From Hyphochytrium catenoides (taxonomy: Eukaryota > Protista > Hyphochytriomycota), in the NCBI GenBank assembly GCA_900088475.1, contig FLMG01004374.1:1-64000 (forward strand): a stretch of 64,000 nucleotides of DNA, given 5' to 3'. Both the position numbers and the translations under genes were made by a program. The notes below the pieces were generated by a model. The model searched no databases. It saw only the letters and a program-made list of their open reading frames with translations, and was not told where the DNA came from. Position 1 is the first letter of the stretch; the number at the start of each line of letters is the position of its first letter. Below are positions 1-12,631 of the stretch, in pieces.

Positions 1-443
1 CTCTCTCTCTCTCTCTTTCTTTCTCTTATTTTCCTCCCATTTTGCCGTTCATTTCCTTCTCATCCTTCGTCATCAGCCATTAGGAAGGCTCCCCTGCCCT
101 TTCACGCTTCTTCACTCCTTCCTTCCTTGAGTGATGGTCGCTCTGCCTTGCTGAGACATTCCAGATATATATTCCAAATTCAGCTCCTCTCCCTAACCAA
201 CATGGCCTTATATGAGATACAAGCACCAGCCACCAGACAGCTCCACAGTGGCTGATGTTGAGGACCATCACTCGTCATTCTGTCTCTGGACAATCACTCT
301 CTGTCCCTACTAGAGAGAGCTAACATGTATTTTCTCCTTTTCCTCTAACCTTGCGACCCTTATAAAGAAAATACAAAGACCATCACCGTCATAAAGCCAT
401 AGTCAATTTTGTCTCTTCCCTCCTCGGACCCTCAATCTTCATA

Positions 444-446
<3 letters not shown>

Positions 447-503
<57 letters not shown>

Positions 504-505
504 TT
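447..505. repeat. (CT)n microsatellite
   Basis: Directly visible CT dinucleotide run. Confidence 0.95.
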
Positions 506-613
506 CTTTTCCTCTGGCGACCTTCACTCACTCTCTCGTTCCTTTCTTGCTTTGAATGAAAAGAAGACACGCTTACTAGTGAACAGTTAGCCCATGACCT
601 CCATCCACTTACG

Positions 614-2901
614 ATGACAAGGAAAAGGAGTTATGAGGACTTGGAAGAGAGCACAGAAGGAGCTGAGCTAGGTGCGGAAGCCAGGATACTCTGGCTTCAC
701 TCTTCAAATATCCCATTTGATGGTACTGCACCTAACAGAAGGCTTGTAGAAGCCAGTAGCATAGAGAAAGAGCTTGGTGAGGCCGTATCAGGCGAGCTAG
801 CCAAGCAAGGAGCAGTAAGAGAACCAAGAACAGACCAATGTACCACCTTCTTACTGCTCAGCGGCACGACCTGCCCATAGATGGCAAGCAAGAAGATGCA
901 CTCCCTAGCTTCCAGAGCTTTCTAGGTGGACACAGCTCAGGCTACGCCTTCCTCGATGCCTGCTTCTGCATAGTCATCCCCCTTATTGCTAATGCACTTG
1001 TTCAGTTGATGAACAAACCCCATTGGTTCGCGCTCCTCTCCGTTCTGCTTCCTAGCGAGGCAGAGGAAGAGCGAGGCTTCTATGTGAGGCATGTCGTCAA
1101 CGAAACGTCTCTTGATGAAAGGGGAAAATTCATCGAGAACAATAGCCGCAGGAATGACATTCTGCAGGTAGCGCTAGGGCTTTACATCTCCAAGTTTATG
1201 TCAGCGCAACCAAAGAAGTTCTCGAAGTACTCTGTAGCACAGAAGGAAGCACGAGACTTCCTTCGCGGATGCATTGAGCTCAGTCTCTTTCATCCTGACG
1301 ATGAGAAGGTTCTGTACAATAATAGGGGGAAGGTAACCTACCAAGGAGGCGCCAAAAACATCTACGAACAGCTTCTTTCATACAGAATCACCGCCATCCC
1401 CCCGCTAGGGCTCTGGGTAGATTTGGGAAACGGCATCTCAATTAGAAGGATGGAGGGCGCCCCAGGTGGAGAGACAGCCCAGGAAGACCACAATGAAGAA
1501 GAGAAAAATGGCAACAAGGCTGGGCTTCTGGTCACAAAGACAACCTACTCCATCCGTTGTCGTCTCTGTGAGGGAGAGAAGGCCGTCAATGGCTTTATAA
1601 GCACCGCGTTGGACGAGTACAAGCGGGACATAGGCAAGAGAATAGACAACAACCGGTACTACTATGTGCTGGAGAACTCGAAGTCCTCGTCTACTACCTC
1701 GGCTCAAAATTACTCGGGAAGTCAAAATGGTGGAGCAAAAAACAACGCTACATTCCTGCGCTACGCATTATCTGATCGAAAGACCTTCGACACGCTGTGG
1801 TTCTCAGAGAAGAAGAGTGTGATGAAGCTCATTGACAACTTCATGGAAGGAAAGGGCAAGTTTTCTAAGCCTGGATTCCCTCATAAGCTAGGCTTTCTGC
1901 TATATGGTCCACCTGGCACAGGGAAGACTAGCCTGATTAAGGCGATTGCTCATTACACTGGACGCCACATCATCTCTGTCTCCTTGTCAAAAATCAAAAC
2001 CAACCAAGAGTTGATGTCTAGAATGTTTGACCTGCAGCTGCGGGTCCCAGGCCAGTCTTTCACCACCAACTATGGCTTTGAAGATGTCATCTTTGTGCTT
2101 GAGGATATTGATTGCGCCACCAAGATTGTTCTGCGTCGGGACGAACTGAAGGATGAGAATGAATTGAAGACGAAGGAGACTGACTTAGAGTCAACAAAGG
2201 GTGATCAGAAGGAAAAAGTGGAGGTTGACCGCAAACTCACGGGCCGAGAGGATGGCGACCCCGAGAAAACTGGTCTTAGCGCTGTCGATGTCATGGCAGC
2301 TGCATTTCAAAAGGCACTGTTAACCAGTATGAACGCTGATAAACTTCTAATGACACCATACAAGCTCAGAGAGACACGTCATGGGGCCCTCAACCTCTCA
2401 GGTCTGCTGAACGTCATAGATGGCGTTATCGACACTCCAGGACGTATTCTTATAATGACAACCAACCATCCTGAGAAGCTGGACCCAGCCTTAGTAAGGC
2501 CTGGCAGGGTCAACAAGCGGCTTCTGTTAGGATATATGGATGCAGTCTCCGCCATTGAGATGATTGAGCATTTCATGATGGGGGAGCTGACAGATCGGGA
2601 ACGAGACCAAGTGAAGAGCGTATTGGCTAGCAACAACGTTACACCAGCTCAGGTAGAGCAGATCTGCATTGAGGCCGATGATGGCGCGGGTGCAGTGCGG
2701 ATTCTCCAACAGCGCTTCCAAGAAACTTCAGCGGCTTCTTACTCTGAAATCTTGAATGATAAGAATGCAAAGGATGGAGAGATGGGTAAGGGGGATTCGT
2801 GCAATGACATTGCAGAAAGAATGAAGGTGACAGAAGAAGTACTGGAGGTCACCGCGCTGGTCCGTCAGGAGTCAATAGGAAAAGTCCGTCCTGCCGCTTA
2901 G
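614..2901 (+). CDS. BCS1-like AAA+ ATPase
   Basis: ORF 838-2901 has Walker A ([18 protein letters not shown]), Walker B (IFVLEDID), LNLSGLLNVIDG and sensor/SRH (MTTNHPEKLDPALVRPGRV), all typical of BCS1-type ATPases. Upstream ORF 614-880 can be joined in frame by a GT-AG intron (777-880 or 815-861), so the start is 614 or 838. Confidence 0.85.
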
Positions 2902-3238
2902 GCATATTGCCTCTCTTCCCTCTCACACAAAAATAATATGTAAATGTAATCTACGCTACTTTGAGCCACCAGACACTACGTTCTGTAAGCCCTTATTATC
3001 AACCTCTATCTCATTTTATGCATAAGCATTCTACTCATCTAGAGTCACCAACGACGGATCCGCAATAGTAACCAGTGGCGTAGCAGAAGATGAGAACTTT
3101 CTGCTAGAACCCTGAAAGATGGTGCAGATTCTAGCAGAAGCAATAACGGCGGGAAACTGAAACATGAGTGTGGCTCAAGCCTAATAACATTAGCATTGAT
3201 AGTGGAAAGCGATAATAATGATAAGATGACTCAGCTTC

Positions 3239-6200
3239 TCACTTGCTGCGATTGATGACTTTGTAGGCAAGCTTCACAAGGGCATCACGCTCCTTTGAAG
3301 GCTTGAGGTGCATCATAGCGTCACAAGCGAGCTCTGCCTGAGAAGCAGCCAGCTCTTTTGAACGCTGGAGTCCTTGGCTCTTTTGTACTAGCCGTGCAGC
3401 CTGGTAGACAAGTGCAGAGCCACGGGTAAGACGACCACAAGCCAGTGTGAGGTATGAAAAGCCAGTTTTTCGCAAAAGACATCCGTGCCGAAAGGACAAA
3501 GAAGGTAAGCGTCAACTCCTTTTGACAGCTATCGGTAAGAGTAATAATAGGTCCTTGAAGGCCATGGCAACGTACCGCCTCCACGTCTCCGTCTTCCGAG
3601 AATTTCCTTGAGATCATCTTATCTAGTTCTGGATACTCTTCTTGAGCGAAGAGCACCGGCGCAGTAGCCAAACCCTGGGCACAGCGTAATCGTTACATGA
3701 GTGATACAGACTAAACCACGATAATCGGCGTTCGTCAAAAACGTCGCCAGGAGATGGGTATGTAGTTACAACCCCGACTTCCAACGTAGTAGTACTCTGC
3801 AGAGGAGTGACACAGAGCCGTCTTTAAGGGTTTATATGGCATTGCCAGCGACAAACCTGCTTAAGGTCCGCCAGGGCGGGCTTCCCTAGTGAAGCCAAGC
3901 TGCCTTCAAAGTCCAGACAATCGTCAATGAGCTGTAGCAGGAGATATTGCACCAGGGCACGAAAGAGAAGGGAAGGCATTTGTTACAGAAGTGTTAGGTT
4001 TGGGTGAGACGAGCACTAAGCCCAGCTTGACGGCTTCAGGCGGCAGTATCTTACTTGGAACGCCAGACCAATGTGCTTTCCGTATGCAAAGGCCAGATCG
4101 CAGACCTCTGTCGAGTGCCCTGCGACCACTCCTACTGCCTGCAATGACAGGAGGGGTTGTATGAGTCTCGACGCGGAAGAAGTAACGCGTGGCACGTAAG
4201 ACTAACACAGGTTCTTTGAGGATTATTAGAGTCACTTACTCTGCAACTGTTTGCCATGAGAGATCCCGTTTTATAGTAATTTTTCCTCAGATAATATTCC
4301 ATGGGACTCAACAGGCGGCTGCCATTGCCCGAGCGCATCTGCATGACCTCTCCTTTGACCAGATGTTCGATGACAATTGATAAAATCTCAACGGCCTGGA
4401 CATAGACCCGACGCGGAAGAGGCATGTCAGCGTGAGGTTCGAGCCGTGAGAAGAGCGGAGAAGAGATGGTGTTGCCATTGTAAAATGAGCTGTGCTACCA
4501 ACAACGCCACTCAAGTAGCGCTATTCCACGGTAGATATAAAGTTTCTAAGCGATGAAGGCTAAAGCACCAACGGGCCAAAGGAGGACGGGATACAAGGGA
4601 AAAGATAGCTGTACGATAGAAGTGAACGGGGAGTACTGAGATTCTTCTGATCTCATATCCCTGGCCAGATAGCACGTGGTTCACCTCATAGTTCCTAAGC
4701 CTGGCAAGACTGACTGATGCTCGGGAGAGAAGGAAATCTCCTGCTAAAATAGCAAGCTTGTTTCCAAACACGCTGTTGACGGAGCTCATCCCTCGCCTCG
4801 TATCCGCACCATCTATAACGTCGTCGTGAAGCAAACTTGCGGTGTGGATTATCTCCCTAACCATGAGAAGGGTGTGAGCCCAACCACCATATTCTGTCAT
4901 CATGTCCTACATCTCTGTCTAAGATTCTTTAACGTTCTTTCCTTGGATGCTCTACGCCCCCCCCCCCCNNNNNNNNNNNNNNNNNNNNNNNNNNNNNNNN
5001 NNNNNNNNNNNNNNNNNNNNNNNNNNNNNTCTTCCCTCCGTCGGCTTCAAAGAAGTACCTAGCCGCGCAGAAGTTGTACGAGCACGACGAGAGAAACAGA
5101 ATTTGGTGAGCATAACCAAGCAAGTATGTGAGTGAACCTGCCACCAACCAGGCGGCTAAAGTGGCAGTACTACCCTTAACAAGTACTATCGTTAATAACA
5201 GGTACAATCTGAATGAGATGTGGTGGACAGGATCTACGGCATAGCGAACGGACACGAACACGCTGAATATGAGCCAAGAAAGAGACAGCTCTGAGACACT
5301 TAGGAAGTTAGAGTGGCAGGTCTAGAGTCAAGGTGAGCAGGCCCCCCGCAACTTACTTTGCCACCTGAGCCAGCACAGGGTGATCGCTGCCCAGCAGGTT
5401 TTTGATAGAGTCCGAGATTGAAGCGATCTCGGTGCCCACCAACTCAAAGGGGTCTGGGGCGGTTCGTAGGTTAATGTGTTCGTGACCACGGGCCCGTCTG
5501 TGGAAGTCGTGGTAAGAAGGGTGCGCAGAAAAGGAGACGAGAAGCGACAGGGTAACGTAGCGGATGACCGCCACCAGGGTCACAGCTGACAGAAGCTTTA
5601 GCGCTAACACCACATCAGCGTAAGGGCAACGGGGTTCCCACACAGCCTAGACCCTTCCCCCCTTCTCCCTCCCAAAAACACGCCGAGAGGGACCTTGTAG
5701 GAGGGTAAGATAAGCAATGGCACCGGAAGTTACCTGTTAAGATCTACTCTAAAGTCAAACATGCTACCCTTCATATGCTCAGGAGTTATAGGGTCGGCAA
5801 CTGATACAGTGGGATCATCCTATTTAACATGTCAGTCAATAGGAAGCGCAAGGGCACGCTGAGGGTCGAGAGGGGCCCCACGAAGGGAAATACGTCAAGT
5901 ACAAGAGGTTTGGCGACTGAATAACAGCAAAAACGAACGATAAACAGAGAAAGGGGAAGGCTCAGCAAAGGGATACGGCGACTAACGCTTCCCAGTAAGA
6001 AAGGATCAGTGTTATGACTAATCCCGTTCGGCAAGGCAAAAAGCGCTTGTGCTCACCACTGAAGTATATGACATCCATGTATCCTGGGCCAATTCATCAT
6101 CGAGTCTTTCTTCTGCCACCTTACGCACTTGATCCTTCAAGAGCTCTACTGCCCGCTCGCTGAAGGCAAGGCCACGCCTTTGAGCACCGACAACATTGTT

Positions 6201-6433
6201 TTGAACTAAGGAATGGAAAGGAATCGCTGTCAACACTAAAAGCATCTCTTCATTGTAGCGCGAAAGGAATCCAGACAATGACAACGTAAATATCCTATGA
6301 AGACAGTTAGTTAGTTGGGACAAAGCTGGATAGGCAAGGTTGTACGAGAGAGCGGAGACTTTTCGCTTTTGCGTATACCAGGTCGCGTCCTCAGCACTTT
6401 ACGCACTGTCCTTAGGCCCCTCGAGGTCAACAT
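3239..6433 (-). CDS. Long-chain all-trans polyprenyl (solanesyl/decaprenyl) diphosphate synthase, COQ1/SPS type, multi-exon
   Basis: Exons encode [22 protein letters not shown] (FARM), [53 protein letters not shown] (SARM), [10 protein letters not shown] and the C-terminal [13 protein letters not shown]. The probable ATG is at 6433 ([12 protein letters not shown], transit-peptide-like). An N gap at ~4969-5029 hides part of the gene and the 5' exons are tentative. Confidence 0.9.
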
Positions 6434-6959
6434 TTCCCTCAAGATGTTTGTCGGTGTCGACAAGAAGCTTCACCGGTCCCCAGAAGTTGAATGAAAGAGA
6501 GGTCGCGGTGGCCCTTTAGCCCAGATAGCAGTTGCAGCCCCTACTCTGGCCGGGAAGGTTGTCCTTCCCAATTCTTTACTTCGCACCAGCCGACACCATC
6601 AACACTGGCTCTCACGGCTTAGGGAGCGTAGGCGTAGAAGAACACAAGGTCTCGCAGCAAATGAACCCTTTGTCACCGCTAATAATTTGCTGATATTAGA
6701 GAAACCTCGCTCGATGACAATAGCTTGCAAGCTCCAAAGCAGCGATGCTGAGCTTCTTCAGACGACGTTATATAAGAAACTCTTCTCCCTTCAGGCGAAC
6801 AATTCCACCGACCAAAGAGGACGAAGTAAAGCTGGAAGAGCAAGAGCTGAGGGGAGGGCAACCCGTGAAAGTGATGAACAAAAGGCAGCGAAGTGTCAGT
6901 GTGGGGCCCGTAGTAATAAATGACGGGTGTGGCGCTGACGGTGGTTCTGAAGCAGCTGA

Positions 6960-7149
6960 AGAGAGAGACAGAACGGGAGGGAGAGAGAGAGAGAGAGAGA
7001 GAGAAGCGATGGAAATAGAGAGAGAGAAACGAAAGATATAGAGAGAGAGAAAGGAGAAAGAACGAGAGCGAGAGGGAGAGGATGAGGGAGAGAGAGTGAG
7101 AGAGAGTGAGAGATAGTGAGAGAGAGAGAGAGTGAGCGAGCAAGGGAGC

Positions 7150-7193
<44 letters not shown>

Positions 7194-7205
7194 GAAGAAG
7201 AGAGG
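6960..7205. repeat. (GA)n-rich tract
   Basis: Long, imperfect GA run between divergent genes. Confidence 0.9.
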
Positions 7206-7643
7206 AGATGGTGGTGACTGTGCGACTGTACAAGCAGTTTGCAACAGAGGAAAGAGGAGGAGGGAAAAAGTGGTGCGAATGTGTCTTTCCTCTGTTTCTC
7301 CTGGGGAAACTCTGGAGCGCTTGGTTGGTATGATTCCCCCTCGGTGAACCTTTCAAGTGCCTTGAAACCTTGACCTTCAGGAGGGAATGTTAGTCATCCA
7401 TAGTTTGCAGAGATTAATTGCCCATTGTTCCCTTGAAAGATTCCGGTGTCCCTCCTCCCCACACTACTTTTGGCAATTGGTTCATAATTCTGGGTAACTC
7501 ACCGTATTTTACTGGCAGTGAAAAGTCATGTTCGGAAGTTTGACAGAGCGAATTTAGTACTATCCTGTCAATTTCGGGAGGAGATTTTGCCTTGTAATAA
7601 TAGGAAGTTGGGGATGGCCTTTGGTGAAGAGGTGCGGTTTATA

Positions 7644-7644
<1 letters not shown>

Positions 7645-7693
<49 letters not shown>

Positions 7694-7872
7694 CCTCTCT
7701 CTTTCTCTCTTTATTTTCTCTTTCTTTCTCTTTTCTCTCTCTTTCGCTGTCTCTCTCTCTCTCTTTCTCTTTCTCTCTCCTTCGCATATACTCTCTCTGT
7801 TTCTCTTTTTCACTGTCTCTCTCGCTCTCTCGCTCTTCTTTCCATCATTCCTTCTGTCTTTCTCTCTCTTCT
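7645..7872. repeat. (CT)n-rich tract
   Basis: Long, imperfect CT run upstream of the ATAD3-like gene. Confidence 0.9.
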
Positions 7873-8208
7873 CCACCCGAAGATGTCTCTTCCTCTCTCT
7901 GCTAGTTCAACTTCGACTTCCTCACTGTTCATTCCAGCCGGTCAACCAACCACCCAGCCTCGCCCTGAGGGACACTGCCCGATGCTTCACCGTCATCAGT
8001 CTCTTTTCCTTATAAAGAAGGGTGCCCTACTTTCTTGTTAGAGACAGTCAACCGCTGCAGCACCTCGAAAGGTCATTAGTGGTCTCTCCTGAAGGCAGCA
8101 GGAAAGAGCTGGTGCAGAGCTTCATTGTCAAGTTGCTTCGCCTTCTTCACCTTGGGGCTCTTTCACTCTTGATCAAGCTCGGGAGACCCGATAGGCGAAC
8201 AGCGAGAG

Positions 8209-11200
8209 ATGAAAATCTGCAGGTCGCACGGGTCTCTCTTGATCACTCTGGCGTTGTGCCTGAGAGGCCAGCTGGCGGCCGGGGTGAATGGATCTCATGC
8301 TGCATCTAAGCCGGATGGAAGGCTCCTGTCCTACACTGAAGCCTTTGACAACATCCGTCCACATAACGTCTCCCATAGCTATGAGGTTATCAGTGTCCTT
8401 CCTCTCAAGAGCTTTGAGTTCAAGTATGACAGCATGTCAGGCCGCTCCCAGCTAGGTTTTATCGGGCCAGGTATGTGTCTCGATTATTGTCAGTCTTTCT
8501 CTCCTTTGCCTACCCCGTAGCGTTTCCATAGCATTACCTCTAGCTGATCGTTGAGTTCCACTTCGTAGCTCTCTCTTTCCTTGTGTCTCTCTCTCTTGCT
8601 TCTCGCTCTCTCTGTGTGTGTCTCTCTCGCTATTCCTACCTCTCACCTGGCTGCCGTTTCCGTTTTTCCCCGCTTACTCCTTCTTTTCGGCTTCGCTTGT
8701 CTCCTCCTGCCTTTTCCTTGGAAGTATTGCATATATCTTCAGCGTGGATTTCCTCCCAACTTCTTGCTCCAACGGCACTCGAACTCAGAGCTTTCCTTCT
8801 CATTGGATTATTGACTTCCTGTGGCTGCAACAGAGCTACGATCGGTTCTTCCACACATAATCACCGTGGTGCCAAAGAAACGTATCCCGGACCCTCGGAA
8901 CGGCCAGGCTGTGACGTTAGAGGACTATTACATTATAGACAAGAACGCCATGTTCATGCACAATGTAGCAGCTACTCAGGTGAGCTGGACAGCCTGCTTG
9001 TGGCTGGGCGTCCTTACCTTCTCCTCGATCGAACGCGTTCGGCTCGCATCTCCTACAACTCAGACTTAGAAGTTCAGAGTCTTCTTTCACGTCATACAGC
9101 TCGTTGCCCTCTATAAGCCATACTTTCTCTATTTGCATCCGTCTTGGTGTGTCCTCTCTTATTCTCAGCTGCTCTCTTTCTTTGGCTTTCTCAGTACCCT
9201 TCTTCAGCTACTCATTGTGGTCAGTAAAGGTGATCTAATGCTTTTTTCATGCTGACAGCACGCTATTGGGCGTCTCCAGAAGCTGCAGGATCGACAAATG
9301 AGCCATGGCAATACTCTTGACGTTCAGGATCAGCTCATTAAGAACCTCACTAGGTACCTTGAGCAGGTACGAGCGTCAGTCGATGGAGTAGGATAGTTTT
9401 CGTTCCTAATTTAAGCTAACAGACACCTGTAGGAGGCGTCAGTGCAGTTGGTTGAGAGGAGGAAGATAGCAGAGGCAGAGGCAGAAAAAGCTGCTTTGCA
9501 AATCAAACTGGCGGAGACGACCGAGGCCGAAGCCAGGAAGACTTTGGAGGAAAAGAAAAAGTCAGAGAAGGTATTCTTCTCGCTCCTGCCGCATCTCCAT
9601 ATCTACTCACGGACGTAAGCGCTCACTGCACTTCGATTGCTTCCATAGGAGCTGGAGGATTACAAGCTAAAGCTAGCATTGGAGCAATCTGAGAAAGAGA
9701 GGGAGGAACGGATGAAGCAAGAGATAGAGCTGGTAAGGCACTAAGACGTGAACCAGACTTAACAGCGAGAGCTTATCGTGCCATTTGTTAAAACTTAGAT
9801 TGCACTGAGAGAGCAGTCTGGCGAAAGGCTAGAGGCAAAGCGCCGGGAGACGGAGGAAGCTCTGCAGGTGTGGATGGAATATCCTCATGAATCTCTTCCC
9901 TCTGGCTGGCTACTGCCACTCTGTTCAAAGTCAGACTAATGATGCCTTCTATCGCTTGCACTATTAGAAAGAGCGGATTAAGGCGGATAAAGAAAGGGAG
10001 GAAAAGGAGAGGGAGTTGGCGCTGAAGCGCGCAGAGTTAGAGGCTGAAGCTAGAATCCGTCAGCAGAGGGAGAACGAGGATGTCGATCTGCGGATGATGC
10101 TGGCCAAGTAAGTACGGAACTTAAAAAGCATGTTGATTCCCGTAATCTGAACATGTGGCAGAGGAAGAGAGCGAGAGAAAAAGAGACTCTATTTCTTGAC
10201 AGATCAATGGGCTCCAGCCAGCTAGGGAAGAAGCTAATCTTTCTTGTTAGGGCTGAGCAGGAGCGCGTGAAGATGGTGGAAGCAATCAGGGAGATCTTTC
10301 AGCAGCTTGCCACGGGTGCCATCATACTTCTTACAGACAAACGCAAGCTAGCTGTTACTTTAGGTGAGTATAATAAGGGAACAGAGACCTGCTTCGCGGT
10401 GCACGCCCGTCAGATACACTTTCTCCGATATTCCGTTGAGTCCCCTAGTTCGGTACAGCTACCTGTGCACTCACTTGTCCAATTCTAGATGCCGACTAAA
10501 GCAGGTGCCCGTACTTCAGTAATACTGATATCCTTATTCTTCCTCCTGCAGCGTCTATCATTGCTTTAGTGGCTGGGATCTACGCATCAAGAGAGACTAT
10601 CCGCATCATAGGCCAAGTCATTGAGAAAAGACTGTCTCGTCCCTCTCTTGTACGCGAGACTTCACGCGCGACTTCACTGTCACAGCTTCTCTCCAGCTGG
10701 ATCTTCTGCTGTTGCGGGAGAAAGGGCAACTTTGATCGATTCGCGGACGTGATTCTTCCAACCGAGCTGGAGAAGAGGGTGCGGGGTCTATCCCGTTCGA
10801 TTGCAAACTCTGTGAGTGATTGGACTTCGTATCAACTCTCTCTCGCTGTGGGGCCTCTCTCTCTCTCCNNNNNNNNNNNNNNNNNNNNNNNNNTCTTTCT
10901 CTCTCTCGCTCTCTCTGTGGGTCCTCTCTCTCGCTCTCTATGGGTTCTCTCTCTCTCTCCTTGACTCTCACTCTTTCCTCCTCTCCCTCTCTTTTTAATT
11001 TCTTGACCTGTGAAATGGCTCAACGTCCCGTTCAAGGCCAAATTACATAGAGCTCCCTCTTGGCAAATGCCATGTACCCTGATGCTGCTTCCACCTACTT
11101 TGTAAAAGGATTAGTTAAGGAGGTTGCTTTGTGCCCCAGATGCTAAATTTTTGCTCTGCTTTGCCTGCAGAGGAGGAACGGTGCTCCTCTGAGGCACATC

Positions 11201-12631
11201 CTGCTCTACGGGCCACCCGGCACAGGGAAAACGATGGTGGCAAAGCGAATGGCCCAGTGTTCCGGTCTGGATTACGCTGTGATGAGCGGTGGCGACGTGG
11301 TATGGCACCACTTCACTAAGTGGGCGAGAGTAGTAGGAACACAGAGGAGGTTTGAGACTGAGGAGATAGAAGAGGCCAAAATTCTACAGCGACCGTTATC
11401 ATCAGGATATGGGACTATGAGAAATGAACGAGCTATCGTGGCTCTGCAACATTAAGGGAGACGGCTAGATCTTTCCACGATACTGATTGAACTATTATGC
11501 GTCCTCAGGGTCCTTTGGGCAAGCACGCGGTCACAGAATTGCATGCACTTTTTAACTGGGCCAACACGAGCTCCAGGGGCCTTCTTCTCTTCATCGATGA
11601 GGCCGAAGCGTTTTTGGCAAAAAGGAATACCGATATGAGCGAGCCTCTTAGGAATGTGCTGAATGCTCTGCTCTATCAGACAGGAGAGCAGTCCACCAAG
11701 TTCATGATGGTAAGCGCGGTAGAAACGTCTTAATGAAGTAGGTATGCGACAGGGAGGGCACTGTATAACGCACCAGGACCCACGAGGCCTCATCATTTTG
11801 TTCTCTGAGAGGGCGGAGGAGGGACTGAACTACTCTTTCACGCTCCTGCTAGGTGCTGGCGACTAACAGGCCCGGGGATCTGGACTCAGCAGTTAATGAC
11901 CGTGTGGATGAGTCTCTGTTATTTGACCTGCCAGGTGTGAAGACAATCAGTGCCAAGCTTCTTCCATCTCTGATTCTTTCCTTCAATCTCACGCAGTCCT
12001 CGCTCTCCGTTACTCCCCGTCCTCACTCTCTTTCGACTGCATTCTGTAACGTGTGATGGTCTACTATCGTATCTCATGTTGTCGCCTTAAACAGAGAAGC
12101 ACGAGCGTCGAGCACTGATGAAGCTTTATTTCAAGAAGTTTGTCCATGACGCACACCTCATGGGAAAGAAGAGCTGGTTGACCTCTCTGGGCCTTCAGAG
12201 AGGACCTTCAAGAATCTGCACCGCTGGGATCAGTGACAAAGTGCTGCAGGAGGTGAAGTCCATTACCGTCTTGTGTCCCTCAAAATCTAGTTCTCTCGGT
12301 AAAGGGCCACGCGTTATCATCTTCCAGCTTGCTTCTACCTAAACAAGGGCGCCTTTCCAGCTTGACTGCGCCTTCCCGCTCTTTTCCTTATCGGGCAGTC
12401 CAAATGAAGGCTGACCTTCGCCATTCTGATTGTTCTCATCCACAGGCTGCTGACAAGATTGAGAACTTTTCTGGTCGAGAGATATCTAAGCTGATGCTCA
12501 GCATGCAAGGCGCCGTCTATGCGCAAGAGGCCCCCATCTGCACCTTAAAGCTCTTCAAAAAGGTCCTAGAGCAAAAGCTCACTGAGCACGATAGGAAGGA
12601 AAAATACGACAAGACAGCCACGGCCTTTTAG
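8209..12631 (+). CDS. ATAD3-like AAA ATPase with N-terminal signal-peptide-like leader and ICA/peptidase-S74-like domain (~691 aa, 14 exons)
   Basis: Phase-compatible GT-AG exons: 8209-8470, 8834-8979, 9259-9366, 9433-9570, 9649-9732, 9799-9867, 9968-10107, 10251-10363, 10552-10811, 11171-11299, 11509-11709, 11853-11934, 12095-12252, 12446-12631. ATAD3 hallmarks present: [17 protein letters not shown] segment [101 protein letters not shown]. Confidence 0.9.
10838..10995. repeat. Intronic CT-rich repeat with assembly gap
   Basis: CT runs with a repeated ctctctcgct..ctgtggg unit flank Ns inside ATAD3-like intron 9. Confidence 0.85.

Noticed and set aside
6679-8015. Long ORFs rich in SL/ER dipeptides
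   Set aside because: These are translation artefacts of (CT)n/(GA)n tracts.
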